Positions 1 to 13,784 of a stretch of DNA of 64,000 bases are shown one piece after another. This stretch comes from Gonapodya sp. JEL0774. Taxonomy: Eukaryota. Every line of letters starts with the position of its first letter. The stretch's first letter is position 1. The notes beneath the pieces were generated by a model. That model saw only the letters and a program-made list of their open reading frames with translations, did no database searches and was not told where the DNA came from. The position numbers and the translations under genes were made by a program. Where the stretch lies: positions 124,001 through 188,000 of the forward strand of contig JADIIX010000008.1 of assembly GCA_027604505.1 (NCBI GenBank), in the 5' to 3' direction.

Positions 1-47
1 CTAACCCGCCTTCTTCCCACCCTCCCCCTCCGCCTCCTATATTATTG

Positions 48-3000
48 ATGCCGCAACCGCCCACGTCATCCTCCCGCCGCCAAACTGGCGCCAGCAGACC
101 TGCAAATCGCTCTTCGGATGCGGAGAACCTCACTCCAACCCCAACCGCCACCGCAGCGCCACCCAAACCCCACCTCCTCTCCTCTGCACTGGATCGAAAT
201 GTTCGCAGTGACCCAGCTCAACCGACTACCAGTCCGTCATCCCACACACCCTCTGGCTTTGCTTTGTCATCTTCATCGTTGGCCGCTCCTCTGCCAACTC
301 CCCCCTCTCCAGCACAAGCCCCCTCCTCGTCAATGTCTGCTCCGCCTCGCTCCACCCTCCGTGATTCGTCCCGGTCGGTCCGTCTCACTAACACAAGCTC
401 CACTCCGCGCACCAAATCTAAAGCGAAACCTTACGCTGTCCCGTCGTCCCCCATCCCTTCACGGACGGGTCGAACGATCAGGTCTTCCACAACCGAGGAC
501 TCTACGCCTAGAGTTGGCGTGAGTGGTATGAGCTTAAGTAATGGACTGGATACGGTCGGTAGTGGTGGACCAGAACCAACCACTTCCACGACACTCGCTC
601 TCCGCCCCACGACCCGTGCCCCTTCCCCCCCACTTCCCCAACCCCCCCCTGCTCATAATCCTGCTGAACTCCGCGCTTTCGTGGAGCGTCAGCGTCGTGA
701 ACGTCAGGATTCAGCGCGGCGAAAACAAGACGAAGAGCGCGGAAGGAAGGAAAGGGTTGAAGCTGGATTGAGAGGCTTGGAGGAGTGGCGGAAAAAGAGT
801 CGAGAGAGGAGCGTGGCGGCAAGTGGGGGAGTGACAGGGCCTCTCGTGACGAGAGGTGAGAAAACGAGGGAGTGGCTTGGAATTGAGTGGGACAACCCTG
901 CGTTGCAGGACGGGGCCGAAGCATGGAGGCGGCAAGCGTGGCTAGAGGATGACAGGAAAGATGATCGCGGTACCGTAGCCTCGGGCTCATGGACCCTCGG
1001 TGGAATTTCTACCGCTATACCTGCAGGAACTGCCCGGATCCCACCGGCTACCGTACCAGCTGGAACGGCATCCCTCTCTAGACCAGCTGTAATGGAGCCA
1101 GTACCTTCACAGCCAGAGCCACTGCCGTTGTCGGTGCCGCTCCAACCAACCCAAGTCCTCGCTGCTCTCGCGAGGTCAGAGTCTGCTCCAGCGGACCCAG
1201 ACCATGGCCGTGGAATTTCGGTGGGCGTCAAAGCAGAGACTGGAGTGGGAAAGGGAACAAGAACGAAACTGCGGTTGGATCTTGGTCTGGACGGCAACGA
1301 TCTACGTGATCATGCACCTGGCCGGAATCTCGTACGGACACCTCGAAACAAACACGGAGGTCGGGACCAGGATCGGGGCCGGCGGAGAGGGGTTCTGGGG
1401 GAGAATATTACACGTTCTCACCAGACGCGACATCAGCCCCAATCACAGTTTCCCCTATCGAACGCCTCTCCAGCCCACGTATCGTCGTCGCCCCCGTCGC
1501 TGTCCGCCAGTGACCCTACTTCAGCGTCAGGAACCACAACCTCGTCTACGAGGTTTGATTTGGCGCGCATGGCTGAGCTTGCCCGGAGGGCTCGGGCAGT
1601 GGACGAGCGGGTGGCAATGTGGGGCGAACAGGTAGTTTACGGAGATGGAGGTCCAGATAGGGATGGCGATATAAATATGAGAGATGCAGAGGGTGGGAGG
1701 GAAAGAGGGACCGAGAAGGGTCGTTTGCTTGGACAGTCGCAGATTCCCCAGCCCTCCACGGAGACAACAGCACCCATGGCTTTCGATCTTGCGCCGCCCA
1801 TCTCACAGCAGGCATCTGCTTACGCTACAATTGTCCCACCGCCATGGGCCGCGGATTTACAGTTTCAATCTCATGCTTCTTCATCTATCCCACCTCACCC
1901 ACACCAAACTTATTCCCCTCGTGGCACCTCCCCTGCCCCTTCTGGCTCTGCACGGTCTGCTACCCCAACTGGCACTCCGGCTGCACACGTCTACGCGCCG
2001 TATCCCCCGCCATACCCGCTCAATCCGCCATATGTGGGTCAGCCACAGGCGTGGATTGGTTCGACGTATAATAGACCTGTTTCCGACTCAAGGTCTGTGA
2101 ACCAAGCGGCAGCACCGCTGGCCCCGCCAACGCGACCATCTCCAACCGCTCCGCCCAGTCATCATGCGCCACGGACGAGTTCTGTTGGGGCAATGGGGCA
2201 GATGGATCCTCCAGGAGGTCAGAAGCATTCAAATCCAGCGGGCCATACACCAGGTTCCTCAAGTGCGTCTTCAGTGGTGTTCCCTCCGTACCCACCGCCT
2301 CCAGAGGATGGAGTACCAGCAAGGACCCCCTTGCTCTCCACGTCAGATTCGATCCCGCCATATGCTCACCGTGAATCGCTTGCACATGGTCCGCCTGTAG
2401 GTAGTAATCCCCTTGGAGCAGTGCCACAGGAAGTACTGAGGGACATGATGAGGAGGGCACAGGAGAGGGCGAAGCACGCGGACCAGCAACTGAGGGTGGC
2501 AGCAGTTGAGCCTCCCCGACAGCAACAACAAACCCAAACCACTCCACATATAGAAGATGCGCAAGCTTTGCCCCAGCGCACAACGCAGTTTGTGGCCTCC
2601 GACCCGTCCCAACATGTTCCTGTACCTTTCTTCCTGCCACTCCCAGAACTGGGACCGACTCCCCCCAAGCCCCCACTAGAGCCTCTTCTCCGCCACATTG
2701 CGGACGCCCTGTTCCCGGCTGTCGCTGCTGGACTGGATAGGGACGCATCGGTCTTGAGCGTCGCGGCGAGACGGATGGAGAAGTTGGAAGCTGAGAGGAG
2801 AGCAGGGGGCGGGCGTAGGGTGCGGGAGAAAGGGAATGAGAAGAACTTGAGTAAGGGAAAGGACAATTTGGATGATGCAGCAAACATGGTGGAGGAAACG
2901 GGAATAGGTGAGCACCCTAAAGAATGTTCCTGCCGAAGCAACTATTGTAACTCATCTGTAATGTCCTGTTCTTAAATTTGTATGCTCCAGCGCGATCTCC

Positions 3001-6000
3001 ACCTGCTGCTGTGCCAATTGCACCACCTGCAGAACGGACTCACGTGCCAACTACGGGCTTTGTAGAGGCAACACGTCAGTCGCCACTCGAAAGGAAGGAA
3101 ACGTGTGTACAACCATGAGACCTGTTGTTTGACGTGCAGATTGGTGAATCGCACTAATCTGCATGGTACTCTCTCTGATGCGAACTTTCGTCGCCAGTGT
3201 TGATTCACAAACTCAAGATTCCAGTGCACACCGAGACTTCTCTGAAGCTTCTCGCACGCGCCTCGCTAAGTATCGTCACGAACGGGACCTGGCGGAAGCC
3301 CGAGCAGAGCGTGAAAGGTTCGAACGAGAGCGCGAGCGAGAAAGGGCTGAGCGTGAGCGGGAAGCACGTGAAAGAGAGATCGCAACGAGAGAGAGGGAGG
3401 CAAGGGCCAGAGAGTTTGAGAGGGCTCACGAAAGGGCGGAAAGAGAGAGAGAGACGCGAGAGAAGGAGGCTGATCGTGAGAGGGAGAGAGAAAGGGAAAG
3501 AGAAAGAGAGCGCGAGCGAGAGTGGGAGCGTGTTCGAGAAAGGGGAGAATACGAAAAAGCTGAACGACAACGCCGGGAGAGGGAAGATAGGGACAGGGAG
3601 CGAGAGCGTCAATTTCAGAAGCGGGATGCAGGAATTCAGACTGAACTTGAGGTGAGTTTAAACACACTTAACAATCTGATGTCCCGCTTGATATATGTTC
3701 ACGCCCCTGTAATTCTATTCTGTTTCAATGCCCACAGCCCATTTTCCGTACTTTTCCATCCATGAATCAACCTACTACTCCGTCTTACGAGCCACGTCTC
3801 TGGGGACCGTCGCACCAAGAATCGCCAGTTCTTCCTGTTGGCGATATCCCCTCGTTGCCCTCAACTCCGGTTGGTCTTGTCGAGCCTCTCTCACATGACG
3901 CTTCCATCGAAGGTGGCCTTGTCTCCAAGACTACCTTCGTGGAACCAGTATCTTCTGAAGCTTATTCTCGGCAACACGCGATCACCTCGTTATCATCTAC
4001 TCTACCTTCAGATGCCTACGATTCTGAGCGGTTCGAAGCAATGTCAACACCTCCGAGGGAGGTAGAACTTGTTTTGGGAGAGAGCAGTGGGAGGGCTGAA
4101 ATGACAAATGCTGGGGTACACGCCGATTCACGAGCTCGAGCTTCCAGCGACAAGAATGCAGATGGGGGGATCATTGAAGACACCACTATGGCGGAGCACT
4201 CATCTATCAATGTCAGGGACACCGGAGCAGCTGTTAGTACTGATGTTGACAGGGGTGTGTTGTCGACACATGTGGTGAGGACCGGGACTCTCTTGGACAC
4301 ATTCCTAGGCGTATTGTTGTTGAACGTTCTTGAAATTGATTGGGTAGATTTCTGACAAATCGAGCGAGAGCCTTCCAACTGTGAAAGACGTAGCGGCAGT
4401 GTCTTCACTCTCAACGCAAGTCCTGGAGGGAACTCTGAAAGAGGTACACGGAATAAGGAGAGCTCTCACCATAACCGTTTGAAAAATACTCACTTCTCTT
4501 CAACCTGTTAGGAAATGCACAATCACCGTGATAAAGAAGCTTTTCTGAATCGAAAAGAACAGACGATCTACCACCAAGCTCGGACCGAACTGGCATATAT
4601 ACGGTTCCAAAAATCGGACAATGTAAATAATGGGGGTATACGAGCGCTTATGCATGGACTGGTGCGTTCTCACACCCACCAAAATGAGATACATCTTTCT
4701 CTCATAACGCATGTTTTCTCGCTGTCAGGAGCAAGCTGTACTGATGAGACTCGCAACTGAAAAGGCAGTGATAGATCAGCTTCGGTGCGAGCTCCTTTCG
4801 AGACCGTCGAAGCCCAAGCACGTGAGATAGTGCATCTTGCAAACGCGTCATGAATTATTAGTAACAGTACTTGTGCAGAGGGTGAATTCGCCCCGTTCTC
4901 CTCGTGCTTTGGTGGATCCGATAAGATCTCGACCGTCGTTGGAAGTATTGACCCACAATGCTGTAGCTACAGGTCCTGCTGGTATAGTCTCAGACTCCGA
5001 AAATCTCCAGGCAGAGGCTTTACGTGACGCGAAGATTTTGGGACCCAGAGAACCGCTCGTGCTCCCAGGTGCTCAGCAAGATATACCGGAATCCGGCTTT
5101 GACGTGTCTGAAGGTTACGTTCCCACCGAGCCACCAGAGGAACTTCATGTCAAGGGAATCTCAAATGCAAGCGTCAGCCGAGCGTCTTCCGCCTATATGT
5201 TGCCAGTAGATGTGGAAAGCAACTTGGAAGATGGTAGCTCGAGTTCACTTTTCAGTCTGAAGGCGAAACTCAATGCTGCACGTGCTCAAACAGATAGTGC
5301 CAGACGCCTAGCTCGACGTGAGCGGAAACTAGAAATGTCCCGTCGAGAAGCTGAGGCGTTGCGCGAACAGGTCATCAAAACAAATCAGGAAAGGAATAGA
5401 TTGAAAGCAGAAGAGGAGAGAATCAGCCGGATGATCGACGAAACTTTGGCACTCAACAGAGGGCATGGCCATGATGTGCAGCGCGTCACAACGCCGTACG
5501 TGCCTCCGCTACTTCCTGTTGCTGACACATACGAGGCAACGAGCGAAAAGGTGCACAGTGAACTCCTTCTTGATACCGTTCACAGCGCGCTCTGCTCGAA
5601 TGCTCCAGATGCTATGGAAGTGACTGAGCGTATTGATTTGGCACCTAGTGAGCATCAATTATCGCTTGCTTCAGGGCACAACGACGATTTTCCCAAAATT
5701 CCAGTCGTCATTCATGAGGGTGTTGTTCCTTCTTTGGGAACAGTGATTAGCGTTGCACCAGAGGAGGTGCTCGAAAATATCGGTAGCATGTCAAGAGGTC
5801 CCTCTCTAAGCGAGCAGAACCCTGACATGGTAGCTGGAAGGGGGAGCGCATATGAAGAATCTTTTGAAAGTCTGACGGAGCCATCATCGCGGCATTCAGC
5901 GTTCCCGCACTCTCGTGGACAGGAGATTCCAGTTCAAGCTGATGCAGACTCCTCGGGAAGCTCTCTCACATCTGCCGCTCCTGACGACTTGAGTGGTAAG

Positions 6001-8958
6001 TTCATTTTGATTGGATAATAAACTAATATGATTCGACGCCAATGTTTCTACACACACAGATGGGGACCATTCTCAAATTGAGCGCATTGAGGCCATGAAA
6101 GCCGAGATCGCACGAGAAGAGGAGCTTTCCAAGAGGAGAAAAGATCAAGAGAGAGAGCAATCCGAGCGCAAGAAGGAAGAACAAAGGAGGGCGTTACGCA
6201 AGCAAAAGCTGCGAAACATGGAAGAACGGATGAGATCCAGACTGGAGGTGAGCAAAAATGTCAAAATAAATCAGAATCCTTGGTGATTTTATCGTGTCAT
6301 TATCGCTGCGTCGAAAGGCTGTTCGACATCATAACTTCGATCCCGATGTTCCTGCAATAGCCACTCCAAAGTATGAACCGGATTTCGATGCGGCTTCTAC
6401 TGCTTCCCTTGCTCGCATTGCACAGTCAGCAGATGGAAGCTCCGTTGCGGATGGCTCTCAGAGCGCCGAAAACTCAGTGGCAGATAGCAGGACGGACGAA
6501 CATCCTAACCAGGCTTTTCAAAACAAATTGCCACCCGGTGAACCGTTTGATGCCGATTCTGAAATTGAGGATGCATTGGAGTGTGGAAGTGATATGCAAG
6601 TGGGGACACGTGACGCTGAGATCCTTGATTCCGTTGAAGAATTTGGGGTTCACAGTTCGGATGCCCCTGAGCAAACCGTCATTCAGCTGGAGCCGATGCA
6701 ATCTCTAGAACACTTGAACACGAGCACTCCTCAAAGTGTCCATCTTCCAGACGGCCTGCAGAGGTTGGATGGGGGTAACGTACGGAACAACACATTAGCG
6801 AGTTTGGCCTCTTCACTTTCAGACCCCCCACCATTGGATTCATCATCCAGCGGTACGGGTCGGCGACCAGGTGCAAAGATTATGCCTGGTGTAGCTGCTG
6901 AGGTGCAAGAAGTCGAAGAGGAAGCCAAAGATGTCGCTGAGAGCAGCGTCTCCTCAGAGCACGTCGGCGCGGTTTCTAACTCAACTCATTCACTCGAAGA
7001 GCTTGCTGCACCTACATCACTTCTGCAAGCATCTATTGCACCTGATCCACCACCGTTGAATCGATTCCATTTTGTTGAGCCGTCCGTCCATTCTTCAGTC
7101 CACTCTTTTACTGTTGGAAACAACTCTCAAAAGGTGGTGTCCAATCGTTCCGGAGGAGTTTACCTGGAAATGGAGACAGCGCGCCTGGAAGAAGTGACAG
7201 AGGTCATTCTGTTAAATGATGCCCAATATGCTGACGCCTCGTTCGCATCTGAAAGTCAACCTCACGACTCGTTGACGCCCACGGATGCTCAATCGGCAGT
7301 TTCCAGTGCAGTGTCCGTGTCCGCTGCAGGTACGGGAACTGCAAACGGAGACCACGACGAGTCTGAGGTGGTGCGCCCTGTAGGTGGCATCATCGATCCC
7401 CACGTTGATGGGGATCCGGTTGATGCCGCCTTCTCGTCTCCCGACGGGGATGGGGATCCGGTTGAGGCCTTCTTCTCTCCCGACGGGCCGTCCATGGCTG
7501 CTCAGTCATCTATTAAAGATTGGATGGAAGCGCAAGCGGACAGGATATCTGAGACAAAGACCTGGAGTAGTTCTCATGACGTTGCGGATGCATATACCCC
7601 TCGTAAGTATTCTGTCAGTTGTACCAGATCCGAGTCATTATTTCCAACTTTGGCTTTGAATGGCAGTGAATTTGAATCCCGACGTTGGTTCAGCTCAGGC
7701 GGAATCCCCGCCCATTCGAACACCCCCCTGTGGTTTGGCGAATGATACCGATGTGACAGCGAACCCAATCATGAATTTAGTCGGACACGCCCCCCGACAC
7801 GATGACGGGTTGTCTGTAGCAGTGGAGATTGGCGAAGCAGTGCATGCCACCGTGTCGAAGCTGCAAGATGAGGACGAATTATTCAACCTCGATATTGAGG
7901 ACGGTCCAGCTGTCGTGGACGAGCTACCTCCAGTGTCCATACTTGAAATTGACACATCAAAGAGCGGCTCGAACGACGATTTTGCCAACCCGTTGTATCT
8001 AGACGACCATGTTTCGGGAGACCAGGGTGCAAAAGAAACGGCCCCAATCCATTCGGAAGATATAACATCGAACTTCTCACTACCGCTAGTGAATCACACT
8101 GTCGACATGAAAAGAGATGATCTAAACATTCAGACTCCAGAACTACCCGATGTGGAACCACGGAAGATCCAAATCGATTCCAACACGCTTGGCGGGGAAG
8201 AACCTGGCAAGGTTATTGAAGAGGAACAATATCTCGCTGAAGGTCCAAATAGGGACATAGCGGGGGATGTTACCACTGCTCTTTTGGCAGAGCTGTTTGA
8301 TGAGGCCATCATCTTGTTCCACCATCTCCAGTATCCTGACTTGGAGATTGTGGATGGTGACACTCCTTCGCAACAACCCAGTCCTGAATTGGCGAGTGAT
8401 CTCGTCTCCCAAAAGGAGGTTCCGGAACCTCGTATGACCTCGCCCGAAAAGCTGGCCCCTCTATCCATCGCGGATGTATCAGTTGCAATCCTTTCACGAG
8501 TTCTAAATTCTACTAGTCAGCCGTGTTTCACGGATGCCCCTCCTGTTCCCGGCGTTGGTTCGTTGGTCGGTCAGGAGGTGCATTTCGAAGACCCTGAGAA
8601 GCTGCTCTTGGCAAGAGATGTCCTTCAAGAGGCGCTTCATGGTCTGTTCGAGTCCCATCGATGGTCTCAAGATCCGCGGCATGCATTACGGCGGCGAAAA
8701 GGGCTTCCACCACGTCCTATTACCAAAGATAGGATTTCCACAGAAGTGCGACAATCTTTGGAGCTGTGGGGTCATTATCGGGAAAAGTACGGAGAAGAAC
8801 TTGAGGTTTTGTTAGCAGGTGAAGTCAAAGAGGAAGACAAGCGCTGGACCAACACCGATGACGAGCAGATAGAAGTTTTAGACACTGTTGCGAGTTTGAT
8901 TTGGGACTCTTTGCTTACCGATACCGCGCAAGTCGTTTTGACGTTGGACTTGCCGTGA
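48..8958 (+). CDS. Very large multi-exon low-complexity/coiled-coil protein, CEP350-like centrosomal protein
   Basis: Chain of long same-strand ORFs (45-2975, 3163-3765, 3762-4355, 4837-6018, 6095-6286, 6294-7745, 7660-8958) with GT..AG junctions. The C-terminus ELEVLLAGEVKEEDKRWTNTDDEQIEVLDTVASLIWDSLLTDTAQV resembles the CEP350 C-terminal motif. The true start could lie upstream of the window. Confidence 0.65.
3280..3620 (+). repeat. Coding (RE)n / GA-rich low-complexity tract
   Basis: Translates to EREREREREREREWER-type alternating Arg/Glu (charged helix) inside the CEP350-like gene. Confidence 0.85.
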
Positions 8959-9069
8959 CATAATTGCAAGCACAAATCATTGTTACATAATTATCAAAGA
9001 CGACCATGATACCTTTTGTAAATATGATGGAGACCATGACCCTATGATGAAGACAAGACAGTCACTTCA

Positions 9070-10375
9070 CTATGTTGTGCGAGGCCTAATTCTGTTATAC
9101 ATATGATGCTTAGCGGTTCTGTATGCATTTCGACCGTAGTACGTCAGCCCAATGCCCGCGATAGCTCCTGATAAGTGGGCGGCATGATCAAGCATTCTCC
9201 AACCCCGAACCAGCCCGATGAAATCAATTCCCATGAGACTGTATGTTTAAAACAAGACATCAGTTCTACCGCCAACACTTCCATTCCTCGACTCGACGTA
9301 CATGGGGAAGACTGTTTCAAGCCGAAAGGCATATGGAATGAACATGAGATGAACACCAGTGTAGGGGAACAAGGTGTACTTCGAACAATTGATCGTGGGC
9401 ATCAATTCCATTAGCTTCAACTAACGGCAACCGACATACAGGACCCAAACAACTCACTACAGATCCAACAACTCCGAAAACGGCGCCGCTGGCACCAAGA
9501 CTTGGAACCACGTCCTCTGCCGAGATTCTTCCGAGTAAAGAAGGCAGTCTGGAAACGGACATTCCTCGACGGAGTCGAGCAATGGTCAGAAAATGGGAAC
9601 CGAAAGATGCTAGCGTAGCGCTTGAAAAGTAGAATGCCAGAAACTCGTACGGTGAGCTGAAAATGTTGCTCGCGGACCCTATGAATAGAGTTGTAGAGCT
9701 TCCAAAGAGGAAGTCAATTACACCTGCTCGGAGACTGAAACATTTTGCTCACCAGTGCCAAAGCTCCAGAGCGCGATCATGTTGAAGGCGAAATGCCCTA
9801 TCGACATCTGACTGAATGCCGACGTGAGCATTGTGTAAGAACGACCGGACAGAGGGTAGTGCAGAAAAGATTTGGCCATGAATGACTGGAAAAGCACGAA
9901 CGGTATCGGTATACCTCTTGAGTTCATGGTGACATTAAAAATGAGTGCCGCATCTCACCTGAAACGGTCTGACTTGCCACGCAAGATATACGAGTGAGTT
10001 CGCGGCGATAATGGCGCCGACAGTGCGCTCAGGTCTGCTCAATCGATCCCATTCTGCACGAAGAAGAGCCGGAATTCTCTCAATCACGCTCTCTGGATAA
10101 CGGGAATCTCGTCGGAAGTACGGCCCATCCGTCTTTGTGCTTGGGAGCCCGATCAGACTACGTAGAGATACATCTTCATCCTTGCGCACCAATTCGCGAG
10201 CATCCAAATAAAGTGCGGTGCCATACGCAGTGGCAACGACACCGAGCGTAAACGCAGCTTGCGGGATCCATGACAATGGCTGCATTTCGTGGTAGGTGTA
10301 ATACTTCCTTTGCTGCGACCGACCATACGTCCACCAACTTCTCGTTTTTAGCAAGTGCGTTTGTATGATGAACAT
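9070..10375 (-). CDS. PCP1: Mitochondrial rhomboid intramembrane serine protease (PARL/Pcp1 family), multi-exon
   Basis: [13 protein letters not shown], catalytic [10 protein letters not shown] and [11 protein letters not shown] motifs; stop TAG at 9070-9072. The start may extend through a short upstream exon to about 10488. Confidence 0.9.
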
Positions 10376-10486
10376 CTGTGTCAGATTCTTGAATGTAGAA
10401 CCGGTGTTAAGTTGGGATCATGAGGTGCAGTCCACAGTTGGCACAAGCCGGCTACCTGCCGCAAAACATGCCAAAATGCACATCTC

Positions 10487-13370
10487 ATGAAAACCATCAG
10501 TCTTGACGAGAAGCTTCAGCTCACAAAGCCGCTCAGAAACTCGTGCGATCGCTGTGCTACCAGGAAAGTAAGATGTGGGGGCGAGAAGGTGAGACATCCC
10601 TTCACATGGAAGTCTGTTGATGTAATGTACCTACAGTCTATCATCCCCTGTCAAAAGCCCACATGCGCACGTTGCATTGCCGGTCAGAATGTATGCGTTT
10701 ACGCTCCAGTTCTTCCTCGAAAAAAGCGAGCGGCTGCACCTGGAGCGGAGAAGGAGTCAGTCACGCAACGGCTCTCCAGATTGGAAGTTCTTCTCACCAG
10801 TAACTCGTCTCCGGCACCACCTGTTACGCGCGAAACTGATCTAGGTAACTGGATGGGAGTATCTCCTCCTGGTCACAGTGCGATCGTGCCGACTCTGCAG
10901 GATCCGCAGAATCCGCAGGTGCGATTCTGTTCCTGTTCATCATTCGACGTTTCACACCGAATACTGAATATTACGGGCGCTCTTTCCTCCATTGATCAAA
11001 TATTGGTCATTTTTGTGGGCAGAATATGGCTGGTCTTCTCAACGACCTTCGCCGGATCAGACAAGAAGGAACTCGCGCCAGAGACCCCATCCTTGGGCTG
11101 TTTCCATTCGATTCACCAGTTCGAGATCCGACGCAGATAGCTTGGAACAATGGTCAAGTGATTGACAGTCCTCTCGGGGAGGCTCTTGTCGGAGAAGAGT
11201 TTCCTGGTGTCATGAGATTTCCAACCCCTTTTGACGACGTCAGTACGTCGGTGTTTCGATGCGCATTCTTCTCTCTTGGCCAATAGTTGTGGTGTATTTT
11301 CCCCGTTCTGCAAAAGCTCCCTCCCTTGCCAGACCTCACAACGGTCAACTCACTTGTGACTTTGTACTTCAGATCTGTTCCACCACTCATTAACGTTATT
11401 CATCCCGCAACCATCGTATCACAAAATTCGATTCATCCTATTATTTTCATGTCCATGCTGACTTTAGCCGCCGACTTCCATGATTCCGCCGCTGTTCAGA
11501 AAATGGCAGACACTGTGTTTTATCCAAGGCTTCATCGCTTAGTGAAAGATGAACTCAGTCGACCGAACATAGAGGCTACAGTGGGATTGGCACATGCATT
11601 TATTCATGTTGTCAGTCGTTCAATGGTTGGTTATCTTGTTTACTCTCACACATAACATCGAATTTGACTGTGAGAACTACTTCAGTGGAACGTTGGATAC
11701 TTCTACCTTACTATGATGTGCGGTAGTCTTCGAATACTTGGACTTTCTGATGAGTACACGTTAGCCCGCAAGTTCCCTGCCTGGTCGGACCGTGAGACTT
11801 GCCGAAGGCTATTCTGGGCTGTTTACCAACTTGATCGGGCGTCATCTGCGGCGTCCATGCAGATGCAGCAGATTTCGGACGATTTGTGCAGCCTCTTGAG
11901 GCTGCAGTCTCCTGAAAAGTGAGTTTTAAGATTTTGCCTTCCATCAAGTTTCAGCCACATGCGAGCTCTCAATTCATTTGTTGCTTGTCCAGCGAATGGA
12001 TTGCACGTGTGCCCCCAGAAGTATCTCCCGTTATTGCGCCAACGCTGGAAGACTTTTACACTCACCATGGGGAGCTTCCCGTGGATGGCTCCTACGAAAA
12101 TTTGCATCGCTCCAAAATGTTTAACGGGGTTATACAGAACCGAAACACAAATGGTGCTACACCAACCTTCTTATCCCGAAGCATCGCATCACCTCTTGGC
12201 GCCGCATCGATTCATACTGCCCTCTTTCACCTCTTTGGGCGAGTCATCGATCTCCGGCTATCGTGCTCAAGGCGAAACATCCTCCCATTTGATTTGCCAC
12301 CGGGTCCGACGGGCCTCAAAGTATTTAACCGAGTGAAAGAGCTTGAGCAAGACTTACTGGTTTGGGAAGCGCGACTCAATGAGTTTGTCCGGGCGGTCGG
12401 TGTGAGAATTGGAGCTGTTGGATGGGGTCTTGGGTCGTTGGAACTGGGCGATGCGAATTGGAGATTTGATGGCTTAACAGAAGTCGATTTTTTGTATCTA
12501 CAAGCAGAGTACCACATCATCCAGACTCGTGGGTACATATCGTTCTCAGTTCGAAAGTTTTCTCTCTGACCATCCCCTTTAGTTCTCCACTCACCGACAT
12601 CTGCTTCTATGAGATTAGCTTCTCACTTGGTTCTCAGGGGCTCACCGAGGTCCGCACCCATCGAATGGTCGCCACCACCACAGTTCGCTCAGCTTGCTAC
12701 TCGCTTCGGATCACCATCTGGACCCGGAGAGGAGCAACTTGAGCATGCACTAACAGCTTGGGTGGGTAACGATAGCGTTAACATTGCTTTTAAAGAGTTT
12801 CCGATCTTTTTTTTTCTCTTGCAAACGAGAAGACGCGGTCCCCCTCGTTTATCGCGGCATTAACAAGTGCATGCAAAGCATGTGATTTAATTGAGAGGAT
12901 TGCTGTGCTTGATCACAATGACAGTTATGGAACAGCAGTTAACTGGTCGTTTTCGTGGGTATGCACACGATTCCTGCATTATTCGATTCTAACGGTTAGC
13001 AACCCGCGACAGACTTTGCCAAACTAGCCTGATCCTTCTCTTTGCTGCTTTTGAGCTCGCCATGAATGAATTGTCGACGGAGGATCTGAAGAGACGAGTT
13101 CAACTGTTAACCGGAATCTTGAGGCGAACGGCTGGGAAGGCATCAGGACCTGCAGCATCGCAGGCACACCAGCTTGTGCAGAAGATGTTTGAAGCTCTGG
13201 TTGAAAGTGAGGCTTTGATCTCGATCGTGAAGCGGACGGGTATTACTGAGTTTGGGCAGTTGCTTCAGCCGACCAGAATGGCCCAAATCGCACAACAGCG
13301 ATTGCTTGAGACTTTAATTACTATATCAAACAGTGGAAACGATGGAGCTGGGCAATATAATGTCGGCTAG
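10487..13370 (+). CDS. Zn(II)2Cys6 fungal transcription factor with fungal-specific middle homology region
   Basis: CDRCATRKVRC..PTCARC..VCVY binuclear cluster split by an intron; RETCRRLFWAVYQLDR motif downstream. Confidence 0.92.
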
Positions 13371-13784
13371 TGTTCTGGGTCGAATGGTTTTTCTCGGACA
13401 CTTTTGTGTTCCGGTTGTGACGAGAGAATGCATGATTAGCATTATAATCCACTGAAAAGGTATTGATTTCTGTATTTTGGAATATTGCATAATAACACTG
13501 TGGAGGGTGCGTTTAGTTGACGGAACCTTTTGTTGCTTGATCTATCCATTACCGTAGAAGTACATGATATATACCACTCAAAGGTAAGAAAGGTGAGGGT
13601 GATCGTTCGAAGAATTTATTTAATTAGTTCCTTTGTGGCTTTGTGGTTTGGATGCGGATGTCTGCTGAGTGTGTAGGTTTGCCGCAAAACCAATGACGTT
13701 GGTTACTTGCCTTGATCATTCTAAACTGCATGTACCACATCACAAACCCCCTCGAGAGAGCTTACTCCCTGCAACTCAGACACT

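Noticed and set aside
7407..7490. Imperfect ~40-bp tandem duplication (DGDPVDAAFSSPDG / DGDPVEAFFSPDG)
   Set aside because: An ordinary in-frame duplication in a disordered region.
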